From: Nitrospirota bacterium
Lineage (GTDB): Bacteria > Nitrospirota > UBA9217
Direction of reading: 5' to 3'
Assembly (NCBI GenBank): GCA_029858565.1
Contig: JAOUEV010000060.1
Coordinates: 1 to 19,008 of the forward strand
DNA: 19,008 bases
Positions 1 through 9,134 of this stretch are shown in pieces. The position numbers and the translations under genes were made by a program. The notes beneath the pieces are model-generated. The model was not told the origin of the DNA. It saw only the letters and a list, made by a program, of their open reading frames with translations, and did not search any database. Within the stretch, counting starts at the first letter, position 1. Each line of letters opens with the position of its first letter.

Positions 1-768
1 TGACAGCATGTCGTTCTTGGCTAGCCGCCCGGCCCAGATGACCGCATCGGTAAGTCCCAATTCCGCGGTCCTGCGTTTGAACGCCTCGATCTGCCCGATG
101 CCGGATTCCGACGCGACCATGGCGTATCGCACATCAGGTAAATGGTTTCGCAGTTCAAAAAGAACATCAAGGAATTCGATCTGGTTCTTCCAGAGGTCGC
201 CTACGGAGCCGATGATCTTCGTCGAGGAATTAATGTTGAATCGCTTCCTGAGCCAGCCGGTCGGGACCGCCTCCGGTCTGATGCGATTAACATCGATCCC
301 GTAGTATACGATTCTCGTCCTTGCGGCAAGTGAGGGATCAAAGGAAACCAATCCATCCCTGATATGGCGCGAGATCGTCGCGATGGCATCCATCCTTCGC
401 AATAACAAACGGGAACGGATGAATTCGGGCACCTGGGGCGTGTACATGAGCACAGGTTTTCTGCCGGACAAGCATGCGCCAAGCCAGGACTGGATGATAT
501 CGTGGCCCCGCTGGATATTGATCAGCTGGTAACCCCGCTCCCTGATCAGGCCGGCGATCTTGAGAACAGAGGTGAGCCCATTGACACCGGAGCGATCCAG
601 GGGATGTAAGGCGATGTCTGTCCCCCGGAACATTTCAACAAGCGGCGTGTTCGGCCGGCAAACAAGTCCGACCTCGATGCCCTTTTTCGACAGGCCAGGA
701 AGCAGGTCCCGGAGGAACTCTTCCCCTCCTCCCCGACCGCGGAAATTATTTACAAAGAGAATCTTCAC
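1..768 (-). CDS. Glycosyltransferase, GT4/GT-B fold (LPS core or surface polysaccharide), partial: 3' end runs off the window
   Basis: Not in the ORF track because it has no stop in the window. My translation from GTG at 768 is open for 256 codons to position 1: MKILFVNNFRGRGGGEEFLRDLLPGLSKKGIEVGLVC...DAIATISRHIRDGL...RIVYYGIDVNR...VIWAGRL. The MKIL..GGGE start, 'IATIS' and 'VYYGID' match GT4 N-terminal domain patterns. Confidence 0.85.
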   Translation of the reverse strand, partial: MKILFVNNFRGRGGGEEFLRDLLPGLSKKGIEVGLVCRPNTPLVEMFRGTDIALHPLDRSGVNGLTSVLKIAGLIRERGYQLINIQRGHDIIQSWLGACLSGRKPVLMYTPQVPEFIRSRLLLRRMDAIATISRHIRDGLVSFDPSLAARTRIVYYGIDVNRIRPEAVPTGWLRKRFNINSSTKIIGSVGDLWKNQIEFLDVLFELRNHLPDVRYAMVASESGIGQIEAFKRRTAELGLTDAVIWAGRLAKNDMLS

Positions 769-785
769 AATAGACAGTCCGGACC

Positions 786-814
786 TCTATAAGGATATTG
801 ATCGTGTGCATCAA
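786..814 (-). promoter_or_regulatory. Weak candidate internal sigma70-like promoter upstream of the GT4 gene
   Basis: Minus strand reads TTGATG (814-809), a 17-nt spacer, then TATAGA (791-786), within the largest spacer of the cluster (50 nt). The -10 element lacks the conserved final T. Confidence 0.2.
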
Positions 815-818
815 CCGG

Positions 819-1580
819 TCAACGCTTGTTCGCCCGTTCCCAGGCTTTCGCATACTTGGCAAAAACATACCAGGAATGAAAGAGATTCAGGACCAGCCCG
901 TGTTTGCCGTCGAGAAAACCGAGACGAAAAATGTACTTATGCAGGAATGTGAACAGCGGCCGGATGACGATGCTGATCCACGATGTCTTTGACCAGGGCA
1001 GTCCCTTTTGCGCCATGACCTCTACGGCCAGTGTGGAGTACTTGTTGATCGTCGAGAGATACGATTCGAGATCAGGATAGGTGTGGTGTTCGATCGCATT
1101 CCTGAGCACGCCCACCTTCCCCTTCACCTTGATGGATTCGTGAACCACCCGTTCCTCGAACCTGCCCTTCCCCTTGCGGATAAGCCGCAGGTTGAGATCA
1201 GGATACCATCCGCCGTGCTTTATCCACTTTCCAAGAAAGTATGTCTTCCGGGGGATGCAATAGCCGTCACAGGGATCTTCAGACATCAGAATAGCACGGA
1301 TTTCCTGTGCCAGCGCCGGCTCGATCGGTTCATCGGCATCAAGGCTCAGGACCCATTCTCCCGAGGTGTTGTCGATGGCAAAGTTCTTCTGTCCGGCGTA
1401 GCCAAGCCACTTCTGGTGAAAGACCCTGTCGGTATATTCACGGCAGATCGCCAGCGTGCCGTCAGTGCTCCCTGAATCGACAACAACGATCTCATCGGCC
1501 CACTTTACGCTATCCAAAGTCCGGCGGATGTTCGATTCTTCATTCAGCGTGATTATGGCAATTGACAGCTTCGGAGACAT
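819..1580 (-). CDS. GT2 glycosyltransferase, WaaE/KdtX/LgtF-like LPS core beta-1,4-glucosyltransferase family
   Basis: 253 aa with LSIAIITLNEE, VVVDSGSTDGT, GYAGQKNFA, WVLSLDADE (DxD), GGWYPD..LRL, VHE and GFLDG..G motifs. ATG lies 2 nt after the stop of the upstream GT9 gene. Confidence 0.88.
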   Translation of the reverse strand: MSPKLSIAIITLNEESNIRRTLDSVKWADEIVVVDSGSTDGTLAICREYTDRVFHQKWLGYAGQKNFAIDNTSGEWVLSLDADEPIEPALAQEIRAILMSEDPCDGYCIPRKTYFLGKWIKHGGWYPDLNLRLIRKGKGRFEERVVHESIKVKGKVGVLRNAIEHHTYPDLESYLSTINKYSTLAVEVMAQKGLPWSKTSWISIVIRPLFTFLHKYIFRLGFLDGKHGLVLNLFHSWYVFAKYAKAWERANKR

Positions 1581-1582
1581 GG

Positions 1583-2647
1583 CTAACGGGTCACCGTTCC
1601 TGAACGAATTTCGGTTATCCTTGTATCGAGCGTTGTAATGGCATCATTTGCCGTGATCTGCGTCATGCATTCGTTGTTCCCGCACTTGTGCGGTTTGCAG
1701 GGATGGCAGGCAAGACGTTTCGAAATAATGACGTGCCCGCTGCCCCAAGGGCCCCATTTCCGCTCGTCCGTGGGTCCGAACAATGCCACCACAGGAATGC
1801 CTGCAGCAGCAGCCATGTGCATTGGTCCGGAATCGACTCCAAAGAAAAGATCACAGGCCTTATAAGCAGCGATGTTCTCCCGGAGCGATGTGGTACCGCA
1901 TAGATTGAGTCCGCTGAAAGTACCCTGACGTTCTATATCTTTATAAAATGCGGAATCGTTCCCTGATCCTGTGTAGATGAACTTTGCGTGATACCGGTCC
2001 TGAAGGTGTTTCATGACCCTGGCGAAGCGGTCAAGGGGCCACATCTTGGCTGGAAGGCTTGCAGCCGCATGAATAACAACTTTGAGGTCATCCTGAGCCC
2101 ACCCCTTCCGCGTAAATCGTTCCTGAACGTTGCGTTCGTGCTCGGGAAGCGGCCAAAGTTCAAGGCCCTTCGAAGTCACCGGGACATCCAGACACCTGAG
2201 GCAGTCGAGGAAATTCTCCACTTCATGCTGATCATGACGATAGGGCACCCTGTCGGTCAGCAGAAGGCCCCGCCCCTCGGTCGCGAAACCGATCCTGCGG
2301 GATACACCGGCGGCAAAGACAAGGGCAGCGCTCGAAAGGGACCGTTTCAGCACAAAAGCGGCGTCGTAGCCTTCCCTGCGGATGAGCGACCAGTAGTGCT
2401 GGAAAGCGCCGAGCTTGCCCCTTGTGGACCGGGAACTGTAGGTATGGATAGTCTTAAACTCAAAAGGGATGATCCGGTCCACATAAGGACATCCCTCCAG
2501 GACCTGGCCGGAAAATGGCTCCACCATGAGGTCAATCCTTGCCTCAGGGAATGAGTTCCGCAGGTTCCTGAGGAACGGAACCGTCAGGACCGTGTCACCG
2601 ATGAACCGGTACCGCATGACCAGGATCTTGTTCGCCGAAAGTTTCAT
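1583..2647 (-). CDS. GT9 ADP-heptose:LPS heptosyltransferase (WaaF/WaaQ-like)
   Basis: Motifs KILVMRYRFIGDTVLTVP, K.WP..RF, GTTSL and DSGPMHMAAA..PVVALFGPT. Start moved to ATG 2647 (MKLSANKILV), which forms an ATGA overlap with the gmhB stop; 354 aa. WaaC, WaaF or WaaQ specificity cannot be resolved by eye. Confidence 0.9.
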   Translation of the reverse strand: MKLSANKILVMRYRFIGDTVLTVPFLRNLRNSFPEARIDLMVEPFSGQVLEGCPYVDRIIPFEFKTIHTYSSRSTRGKLGAFQHYWSLIRREGYDAAFVLKRSLSSAALVFAAGVSRRIGFATEGRGLLLTDRVPYRHDQHEVENFLDCLRCLDVPVTSKGLELWPLPEHERNVQERFTRKGWAQDDLKVVIHAAASLPAKMWPLDRFARVMKHLQDRYHAKFIYTGSGNDSAFYKDIERQGTFSGLNLCGTTSLRENIAAYKACDLFFGVDSGPMHMAAAAGIPVVALFGPTDERKWGPWGSGHVIISKRLACHPCKPHKCGNNECMTQITANDAITTLDTRITEIRSGTVTR

Positions 2648-3228
2648 GCACCCTGCCCCGCGCCACGCGCAAGGACCCAATCCGCTGCCTCGGCCAGGTC
2701 ATGGGCGATGAAATCAGGGTCCTTCATGCGGGACGGCCGGACATTGCCCGGATCATCATGGCTGAAACCCGAGCGCACGAGTATGGACCTGCAACCTGCC
2801 CGCTGTCCAAGTTCCACATCGCTCCACTTGTCCCCGACCATAAAGGACGTTCTCAGATCGATGCTCAAGTCGCGGGACGCCTGGTCCAGGAGACCGGTCG
2901 CGGGCTTGCGACAATCGCATTCACGGGTATAGTGCGACGAACCCGACCGGGGATGATGAGGGCAGTAGTAGATACCATCTAGCTTGGCTCCCTCTTCGGA
3001 CAGCATCTGTGTGAGCAATTCGTGGGTCTTGTGCACAAAGGTCTCGGGGAAATACCCACGTGCCACGCCGGACTGGTTTGTCACCAGAACCACCTTGAAT
3101 CCCGCATCGTTCAGACGCTTGATCGCCGCAGCGGCGCCGGGCAGCAATTTCAGCTGCCGGAGGTCGCTCAGGTATCCCACTTCCTCGTTGACCGTGCCGT
3201 CGCGGTCAAGAAAAACTGCCTTGTTCAT
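2644..3228 (-). CDS. gmhB: D-glycero-D-manno-heptose 1,7-bisphosphate phosphatase (HAD superfamily)
   Basis: Motifs AVFLDRDGT (HAD motif I), VTNQSGVARG, YYCPHHP...CDCRKP (Zn site) and MVGDKWSD. Start moved to ATG 3228 (MNKAVF), an ATGA overlap with the lpxK stop. It is adjacent to a heptosyltransferase. Confidence 0.93.
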   Translation of the reverse strand: MNKAVFLDRDGTVNEEVGYLSDLRQLKLLPGAAAAIKRLNDAGFKVVLVTNQSGVARGYFPETFVHKTHELLTQMLSEEGAKLDGIYYCPHHPRSGSSHYTRECDCRKPATGLLDQASRDLSIDLRTSFMVGDKWSDVELGQRAGCRSILVRSGFSHDDPGNVRPSRMKDPDFIAHDLAEAADWVLARGAGQGA

Positions 3229-4298
3229 AGCCGCTGTAATAGTACCCTTTCCCATGCGTTCTTTTCAAGGACTTCAAGACGAATGCGCAGAGCATGGAAT
3301 CCTTTTAGATCCCAATCCCGCAATTTAATACCATCCTTTTCCGTGGTCACGATGAGCGTTGCGCCGACTTCGACCGCCTGGGCGCGGAGCCGATCCACAT
3401 CGTTCTTTGAATAACGATGGTGATCAGGAAAAGTCACTGCACTCCTGATATCGGCTCCCTGCTCCTGGAGCAGGGCGGTAAATGCGTCAGGCCTCGCGAT
3501 ACCGGAAAAGGCAAGCACAGCAGCGCCCTGGATCGAACTAAGCGGTTTGCTCGAATCGTCCGTAAGGTCGATAAGTCCCGTTGGAATATGGCGTGAAGTG
3601 AATACCGCAGCGGAGGTGTGTGCTCCGATCTGCTCTTTCAGCAAATTTAGGTCCGGAGATCTTTCCGCCCGAGTAATGACCACGACATCTGCTCGTTTCA
3701 GCGAATCAACCGGTTCACGCAGGGTTCCAGCGGGGAATATCTTTCCGTTTCCAAAGGGCCGGATCCCGTCTACCAGGAGGATATCGAGGTCACGATGAAG
3801 ACGGATATGCTGGAATCCGTCGTCGAGCACAGCCACACCCGGCCTAAATTCCGAAAGAGCTGCCATGCCGGCGGCATATCGGTCTTTCCCTACAATGACC
3901 GGAACTCCTTTTAGCTGTGATGCCATGAGCGCTGGTTCATCACCTGCAGCATCAGCTTTCACCAGTATCCTGTCACGGTCGCTGACAGTGAGCACTGCCG
4001 GACCCTTGTTCCGGCCATAGCCCCTGCTCAGCACTACCGGTGCTTTGCCCTGTTGCTGGAGAAGATCTGCAATAGCCATGACCGTGGGGGTTTTCCCTGT
4101 GCCGCCCAGGGTTAAATTACCAACAGAGATAACAGGGAATGACAGGTTTTTTCTCCTAAGGAACCCTCTGTCGTAAAGAGCGAGACGCAGTTGCACCGCA
4201 CTACGGTACAGCATGGACAGAAAAAAGAGAAGAGCTCCGATAGGTCGTGAGCTCTTTCTTCCGTACATGATGTCTTCTATGGTCTGCCTAGTGATCAC
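3225..4298 (-). CDS. lpxK: Tetraacyldisaccharide 4'-kinase
   Basis: Motifs ISVGNLTLGGTGKTP (P-loop), LSRGYG, GDEP, LDDGFQH, PAGTLREP, FPDHH and TTEKD. The GTG start overlaps the waaA end by 11 nt. Confidence 0.96.
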   Translation of the reverse strand: MITRQTIEDIMYGRKSSRPIGALLFFLSMLYRSAVQLRLALYDRGFLRRKNLSFPVISVGNLTLGGTGKTPTVMAIADLLQQQGKAPVVLSRGYGRNKGPAVLTVSDRDRILVKADAAGDEPALMASQLKGVPVIVGKDRYAAGMAALSEFRPGVAVLDDGFQHIRLHRDLDILLVDGIRPFGNGKIFPAGTLREPVDSLKRADVVVITRAERSPDLNLLKEQIGAHTSAAVFTSRHIPTGLIDLTDDSSKPLSSIQGAAVLAFSGIARPDAFTALLQEQGADIRSAVTFPDHHRYSKNDVDRLRAQAVEVGATLIVTTEKDGIKLRDWDLKGFHALRIRLEVLEKNAWERVLLQRL

Positions 4299-5550
4299 CG
4301 ATTATATCCCGGATCGCATCAAGGGTACGTGTCGTTGCCCCGGAGTTCACTGCTATTACCGAAAAGGCCTTCTCTCCCATGGCAGCGGCATTCTTCTTGT
4401 CTGCCAGAAGGTTATCGAGACCTGCATAAAGTTCGTCTTTATCCTTAACCATGATTCCGCCGCCGGCCTCTATGATAGCTTCTGATATCTCTTTAAAATT
4501 GAACATATATCTACTGAATATTACAGGCTTTTTTACCGCGGCAGGCTCAAGAAGGTTATGCCCTCCTACCTTGACCAGGCTGCCGCCTACAAACGCAATG
4601 TCACAAAGCGCGTAAAAGGCCCTCAACTCTCCTATCGTGTCGAGAAGGAGAACATCCTTGGCCGATCCTTTCAATCTTGTTCGACGCTGGCATTCGAAAC
4701 CCGCGTTCGAGATCAGTCCGCAGACCTCGTCGAACCGTTCCGGATGGCGGGGCGCGATGATAAGGAGCAGATCGGGGTATTTATTGCGAAGACGTGAATA
4801 AATGTCGAGCAGTATGGCTTCCTCGCCCCGATGGGTGCTCCCTGCCGTGATCACCCTCCTGTTTGGCGCGATATGCAAAGGAAGGGACTTGACATCGGAT
4901 ATCTTCTGGTCGAACTTCAGATTCCCGGTGACGATGATCCTGTCAGCATGTGCCCCGATATCCTTGATCCGGACCGCATCATTTTCCGATTGCATGCACA
5001 GAAGCGTTACATTGCGAAATACTTCCTGAAAGAAGCCGCGGAACTTGAGATAGTTTTTGTAGGATCGGGGCGATATCCGGCCGTTTACCACGGCCGACGG
5101 AATCCCCTGGCGCTTCAGTTCCCTGAAGAAATTCGGCCACAGCTCGGTTTCGGCAATAAGGACGATGGAGGGATTGATCCTCGAAATGACCTTCCTGACA
5201 ACCCAAGGGTAATCAAAAGGGAAATAAAAGACAGCATCAGCCTCAGGGACCCGCTGTTTCGCCGTGTGATTACCGGTCACGGTCACTGTGGACAGGATCA
5301 GTTTCCTGTTGGGATATCTCTTTTTCAGCTCCCGCACCAGCGGATGAGCTGCCATGACCTCGCCAACTGAAACCGCATGGACCCAGATGGGCCGGCTGCC
5401 GTCAAGGACGCGCAATACGCCCTTCCTGACCCGTCCCAGTTTCTGGGTCAATCCGCCCCGGTACTTGGGCACGGTAAGGACCTTGAACAGGATCACCGGC
5501 GACAGCAGCACGGTCGCAATGACCAGGAGCAGATTATAGAGAATATACAT
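4288..5550 (-). CDS. waaA: 3-deoxy-D-manno-octulosonic acid (Kdo) transferase
   Basis: N-terminal hydrophobic anchor, then IWVHAVSVGE, ETELWPN, GNLKFD, AGSTH.GEE, APRHPERF and FVGGSL...GGHNLLEPA. AGAGGA/CAGGA SD-like sequences lie upstream. Confidence 0.96.
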   Translation of the reverse strand: MYILYNLLLVIATVLLSPVILFKVLTVPKYRGGLTQKLGRVRKGVLRVLDGSRPIWVHAVSVGEVMAAHPLVRELKKRYPNRKLILSTVTVTGNHTAKQRVPEADAVFYFPFDYPWVVRKVISRINPSIVLIAETELWPNFFRELKRQGIPSAVVNGRISPRSYKNYLKFRGFFQEVFRNVTLLCMQSENDAVRIKDIGAHADRIIVTGNLKFDQKISDVKSLPLHIAPNRRVITAGSTHRGEEAILLDIYSRLRNKYPDLLLIIAPRHPERFDEVCGLISNAGFECQRRTRLKGSAKDVLLLDTIGELRAFYALCDIAFVGGSLVKVGGHNLLEPAAVKKPVIFSRYMFNFKEISEAIIEAGGGIMVKDKDELYAGLDNLLADKKNAAAMGEKAFSVIAVNSGATTRTLDAIRDIIGDH

Positions 5551-5572
5551 TTCCTGTTTCCTCTTTGTTCCG

Positions 5573-6217
5573 TCAGGAAGCGGTCCAGTACTGATCTGCC
5601 CTTGCCATCAGCTCATTGATGGCTTGAGCAAGATCATGACGTTTTCTTTCGAGCTCTTCATCGGAGATGCCACTGACGTGAACCGGACTCCCATACATGA
5701 TTACACACCGGGTGAACGGTTTCGGCAGCATATACTTGTCCCAGATCTTATCCAGGATCCAAGCCTTTTTCGCGCTCATAATGACCGGTACGATCGGTTT
5801 ATCCAGCTTGCCGGCAAGATAGGTGATCCCCTGCTTCACCTCATAGATCGGCCCGCGGGGACCGTCGACCGCAAGAGCAACACATTTGCCCTTTCGCAGA
5901 CCTTCGACCATGCCAAGAAGGGCCCGCTCTCCTTTACGTTTGCTTGATCCGCGGACGACGTCGTATTCAAATCGCTGAAGAATACCGGCCTGTATCTCGC
6001 CATCCCTGCTTTCGCTGGCAGGTATGACAATATGGGAATTCCGGTGTGCATACAAAAGCAGGAACTGGCGACCATGCCAAAAGGCATAGATGAAGTTCCT
6101 GCCTTCGGCGGACAACCTCTTGGGTATCTCCGCGTTCAGGACGGCGATCCTCAGAGTTTTACTCCAGAGCGATATCAACAACCAGCCGATAAATGAGAGG
6201 ACCCGTGCTCGCATCAT
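5573..6217 (-). CDS. DUF374 lysophospholipid-acyltransferase-family protein, probable LpxJ-type lipid A secondary acyltransferase
   Basis: 214 aa with FWHGR, SESRDGE, RGSS, DGPRGP and PKPF motifs typical of DUF374. It lies between msbA and waaA with an ATGA overlap on the msbA stop. The LpxJ function is inferred from family and context. Confidence 0.8.
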   Translation of the reverse strand: MMRARVLSFIGWLLISLWSKTLRIAVLNAEIPKRLSAEGRNFIYAFWHGRQFLLLYAHRNSHIVIPASESRDGEIQAGILQRFEYDVVRGSSKRKGERALLGMVEGLRKGKCVALAVDGPRGPIYEVKQGITYLAGKLDKPIVPVIMSAKKAWILDKIWDKYMLPKPFTRCVIMYGSPVHVSGISDEELERKRHDLAQAINELMARADQYWTAS

Positions 6218-7971
6218 ACCTGCTCTTTGCTCAGGTTCGGTTCTTCCCTGAACTGCTGATCATAGAGGTTCTTGTATTCGCCTCCACGGGCAATGAGGAC
6301 CTCATGGCGGCCTTCTTCGACGATCTTTCCGCCCTTGAGAACGATGATCCTGTCGGCATTCATGATGGTGGAAAGTCTGTGGGCGATCACAAAGCTCGTG
6401 CGGCCGCGCATGAGCGCTTCCAGGGCGTTTTGGACCTCCCGTTCCGATTCCGTGTCCAGGGCCGAGGTCGCTTCATCGAGAATAAGGATGGGAGAATTCT
6501 TGAGAATTGCGCGGGCGATGGCGACACGCTGCCGCTGTCCGCCTGACAATTTTACTCCGGATTCTCCAATGATCGTGTCATATCCCTGCGGCAGCTGCCT
6601 GATGAAGGAGTCGGCGTGCGCTGCCGACGCTGCGTTCACGACCAGATCGATCGATTTTTCTTCATGACCGTAAGCGATATTGTTCCTTATGGAATCATTG
6701 AACAGGATCGTCTGCTGGGTGACCATGGATATGGTCCCGCGCAGCGATGAGATGGTCATATCGCGGATATCACGGCCGTCGATCAGGATGGACCCGTCAG
6801 TGACATCGTAGAAGCGTGGAAGCAGGTTCACAAGGGTCGTTTTGCCGCCGCCACTCTTGCCTACAATAGCAATGGTCTCTCCCGCGCGCACTGTCAGGTT
6901 CACTCCGCGAAGGACAAGATCATTCTCGTATCGAAAAGAGATGTTCCTGAACTCGATCGTCTGGAAGTTGTCCGAGACTGTCGACGCGCCCTGCCGATCG
7001 GTTATCTCCGGCTTCGTGTCGAGCACTTCAAAGATTCGCTTGGCAGCTGCGATGCCGTCCTGGACCACGTTGTTGATGCCGTTCAGGTCCTTCAGCGGCC
7101 GGTAGAAGAACACCAGCGCTCCGAGAAAGGAAAAGAAATCTCCAACGGTCATGGTCTTCCACACGATGATGGCATACAGCGCATAGAGTATCACGAAGGC
7201 AGTTCCCAGCATGGAGATGACCTCCATGACGGGATGGGACATTGCGCTGGTCTTGATCGAGCGCATCAGCGAGTTGAACAGGTCCTTGTTCCTCTTCCGG
7301 AACCGATTTGTCTCGTAGTCCTCCATGCCGAAGGCCTTCACGATACGGATTCCCGAGATGGTCTCATGCAGGTGCATTGTTATGTCGCCGATCTGCTCCT
7401 GCATCATGGTGCTCGCTTTTCTGAACCTGCGGCTGAAGCGGGAGAACGCGATGCCGGCAAAAGGCAGAACGATGATCGAGAAGAGCGCAAGCTTCCAGTT
7501 GAGATAGAGGATATAGCAGGTCAAGGTGACCATGGTCAGAACACCCTGAACGATACTGGAGGGCACGCGGGTAAGCGCGCCCTGCACAAGATTCACATCG
7601 TTCACGATGCGCGACATGATGACCCCGGTGGGTGTGCGGGTAAAATAGGAGAACGACAGGGTCTGAATATGCCCGTACAGCTGGTCACGAATATCGTTTA
7701 CCACCCGCTGTCCGACATACCCCATGAAATAGTCGCGCGCGTACCAGGTAATTCCTTTCAGGATGCTCACGATGATCAGCGCGGGAGGCAATAGCAGCCC
7801 CAGCTGGATATTGTTGCCCATGATGACCTTGTCCAGAATGGGCTTTATGAGGTAGGTCTGCGCAGCGATCGTGGCGCTTGTCAGCAGCATGAACAGCGCG
7901 GCCCAGATCAGGCGGATGCGATAGGGCTTGAGGTAGAGCAGCAGCCTTTTGTAGATATCCATAGATGTCAT
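6214..7971 (-). CDS. msbA: Lipid A/core flippase ABC transporter (fused TMD-NBD)
   Basis: 585 aa with a hydrophobic N-terminal TMD, Walker A GKSGGGKT, signature LSGGQRQR, Walker B ILILDEATSALD and H-loop AHRLST. It directly follows lpxB (ATGA overlap). Confidence 0.93.
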   Translation of the reverse strand: MTSMDIYKRLLLYLKPYRIRLIWAALFMLLTSATIAAQTYLIKPILDKVIMGNNIQLGLLLPPALIIVSILKGITWYARDYFMGYVGQRVVNDIRDQLYGHIQTLSFSYFTRTPTGVIMSRIVNDVNLVQGALTRVPSSIVQGVLTMVTLTCYILYLNWKLALFSIIVLPFAGIAFSRFSRRFRKASTMMQEQIGDITMHLHETISGIRIVKAFGMEDYETNRFRKRNKDLFNSLMRSIKTSAMSHPVMEVISMLGTAFVILYALYAIIVWKTMTVGDFFSFLGALVFFYRPLKDLNGINNVVQDGIAAAKRIFEVLDTKPEITDRQGASTVSDNFQTIEFRNISFRYENDLVLRGVNLTVRAGETIAIVGKSGGGKTTLVNLLPRFYDVTDGSILIDGRDIRDMTISSLRGTISMVTQQTILFNDSIRNNIAYGHEEKSIDLVVNAASAAHADSFIRQLPQGYDTIIGESGVKLSGGQRQRVAIARAILKNSPILILDEATSALDTESEREVQNALEALMRGRTSFVIAHRLSTIMNADRIIVLKGGKIVEEGRHEVLIARGGEYKNLYDQQFREEPNLSKEQV

Positions 7972-9122
7972 AAAGCTGCTCCAAGGACCTCGTGGACGAC
8001 AGCGGCGGCCTTCTTGCTCGCGCCGCTTGCTCCGAGAAGCGTTCGGATACGACCAAGCTCGCTCTTCATCTGCGCGTACCGTTCCGGGTCATCAAGCACA
8101 TCGCTGATCGCGGAAGCAATCGCTTCCGGTGTGGCTTTATCCTGGATCAGTTCAGGAACGATCGTCCTGCCCGCGACAATATTGACAAGGCCGATATGTT
8201 GTACATCAATGATCATTTTTCCGATGGCATAGGACAGCTCCGATATGCGGTACACGATCACCATCGGCACTTCCATCAAGCCGGTCTCGAGCGTGGCGGT
8301 TCCCGATGTGACGATCGCAGCGTCTGAGGCACGCAGAACGTCGTAGGTCCTGCCATCGGATAGGGTGACCGGGATACCGCTTTGGTCGATGAACTCCTTC
8401 ACAAAAGAACGCTCAAGGGTCGGGGCGACCGGCAGTACGAACTGAAGCTCAGGGAATCGTCGCAATAGGATGCGGGCAGATTCCAGCATGTCCGGCAGGA
8501 GGCTGGTGATCTCCTTGGTCCTGCTGCCCGGAAGGAGCGCCACGGTCCTTCTGGCAGGATCCATTCCCAGGAAATTCTTCGCCTCAGCGCACGAGAACGA
8601 GGAGGTGACAGAATCGACCAGCGGATGTCCCACAAATCGAACATCGACTCCAGCCTTGCGGTACAGTTCTACCTCAAAGGGGAACAGGACCATCATGACC
8701 TTGACCAGATTTGCTATGGTCTTGATCCTCCCCTTTCGCCAGGCCCAGACCTGAGGACTGACGTAGTACAGAACCGGTATCCCCAGTTTTTTAGCGAACT
8801 TCCCGACCAGTATATTGAAATCCGGGAAATCGATCAGGATCAGCAGGTCAGGACGGCTTGTACGGATAAATCCTTTCAGCCTGGCGTATACGCGGTAGAT
8901 GGCTCCCAGATGGGTCAGCACCTCTGTCGCGCCCACGACCGATATATCCCGTGCGTCTGCGAGCATTTCAACGCCAGCTTCACTCATCCTTCTGCTGCCA
9001 ACGCCGAAGACCGCAAGGGACGGATCCTGATGTTTCAGTTCCCGGACCAGATTCGCACCGTGAAGATCTCCCGATGCTTCTCCGGCGATGATCAGGATCT
9101 TTTTGCTCTTTCCCGTGGACAT
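7968..9122 (-). CDS. lpxB: Lipid A disaccharide synthase
   Basis: Motifs IAGEASGDLHG, IDFPDFN, YYVSPQVWAWR..R, FPFE, FVGHPL, LLPGSR..E, SGTATLE and PELIQ. Confidence 0.97.
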   Translation of the reverse strand: MSTGKSKKILIIAGEASGDLHGANLVRELKHQDPSLAVFGVGSRRMSEAGVEMLADARDISVVGATEVLTHLGAIYRVYARLKGFIRTSRPDLLILIDFPDFNILVGKFAKKLGIPVLYYVSPQVWAWRKGRIKTIANLVKVMMVLFPFEVELYRKAGVDVRFVGHPLVDSVTSSFSCAEAKNFLGMDPARRTVALLPGSRTKEITSLLPDMLESARILLRRFPELQFVLPVAPTLERSFVKEFIDQSGIPVTLSDGRTYDVLRASDAAIVTSGTATLETGLMEVPMVIVYRISELSYAIGKMIIDVQHIGLVNIVAGRTIVPELIQDKATPEAIASAISDVLDDPERYAQMKSELGRIRTLLGASGASKKAAAVVHEVLGAAL

Positions 9123-9134
9123 GGAGACCTGTTT

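Noticed and set aside
8-952. Short ORFs in the ORF track at the left end (8-304, 142-333, 201-482, 560-952)
   Set aside because: They are explained as alternative frames of the GT4 gene at 1-768 on the minus strand.
4430-4570. Locally AT-richer stretch in the waaA 3' region, as a hint of horizontal transfer
   Set aside because: It is short and modest, lies inside an intact core gene, and has no flanking repeats or mobility genes.
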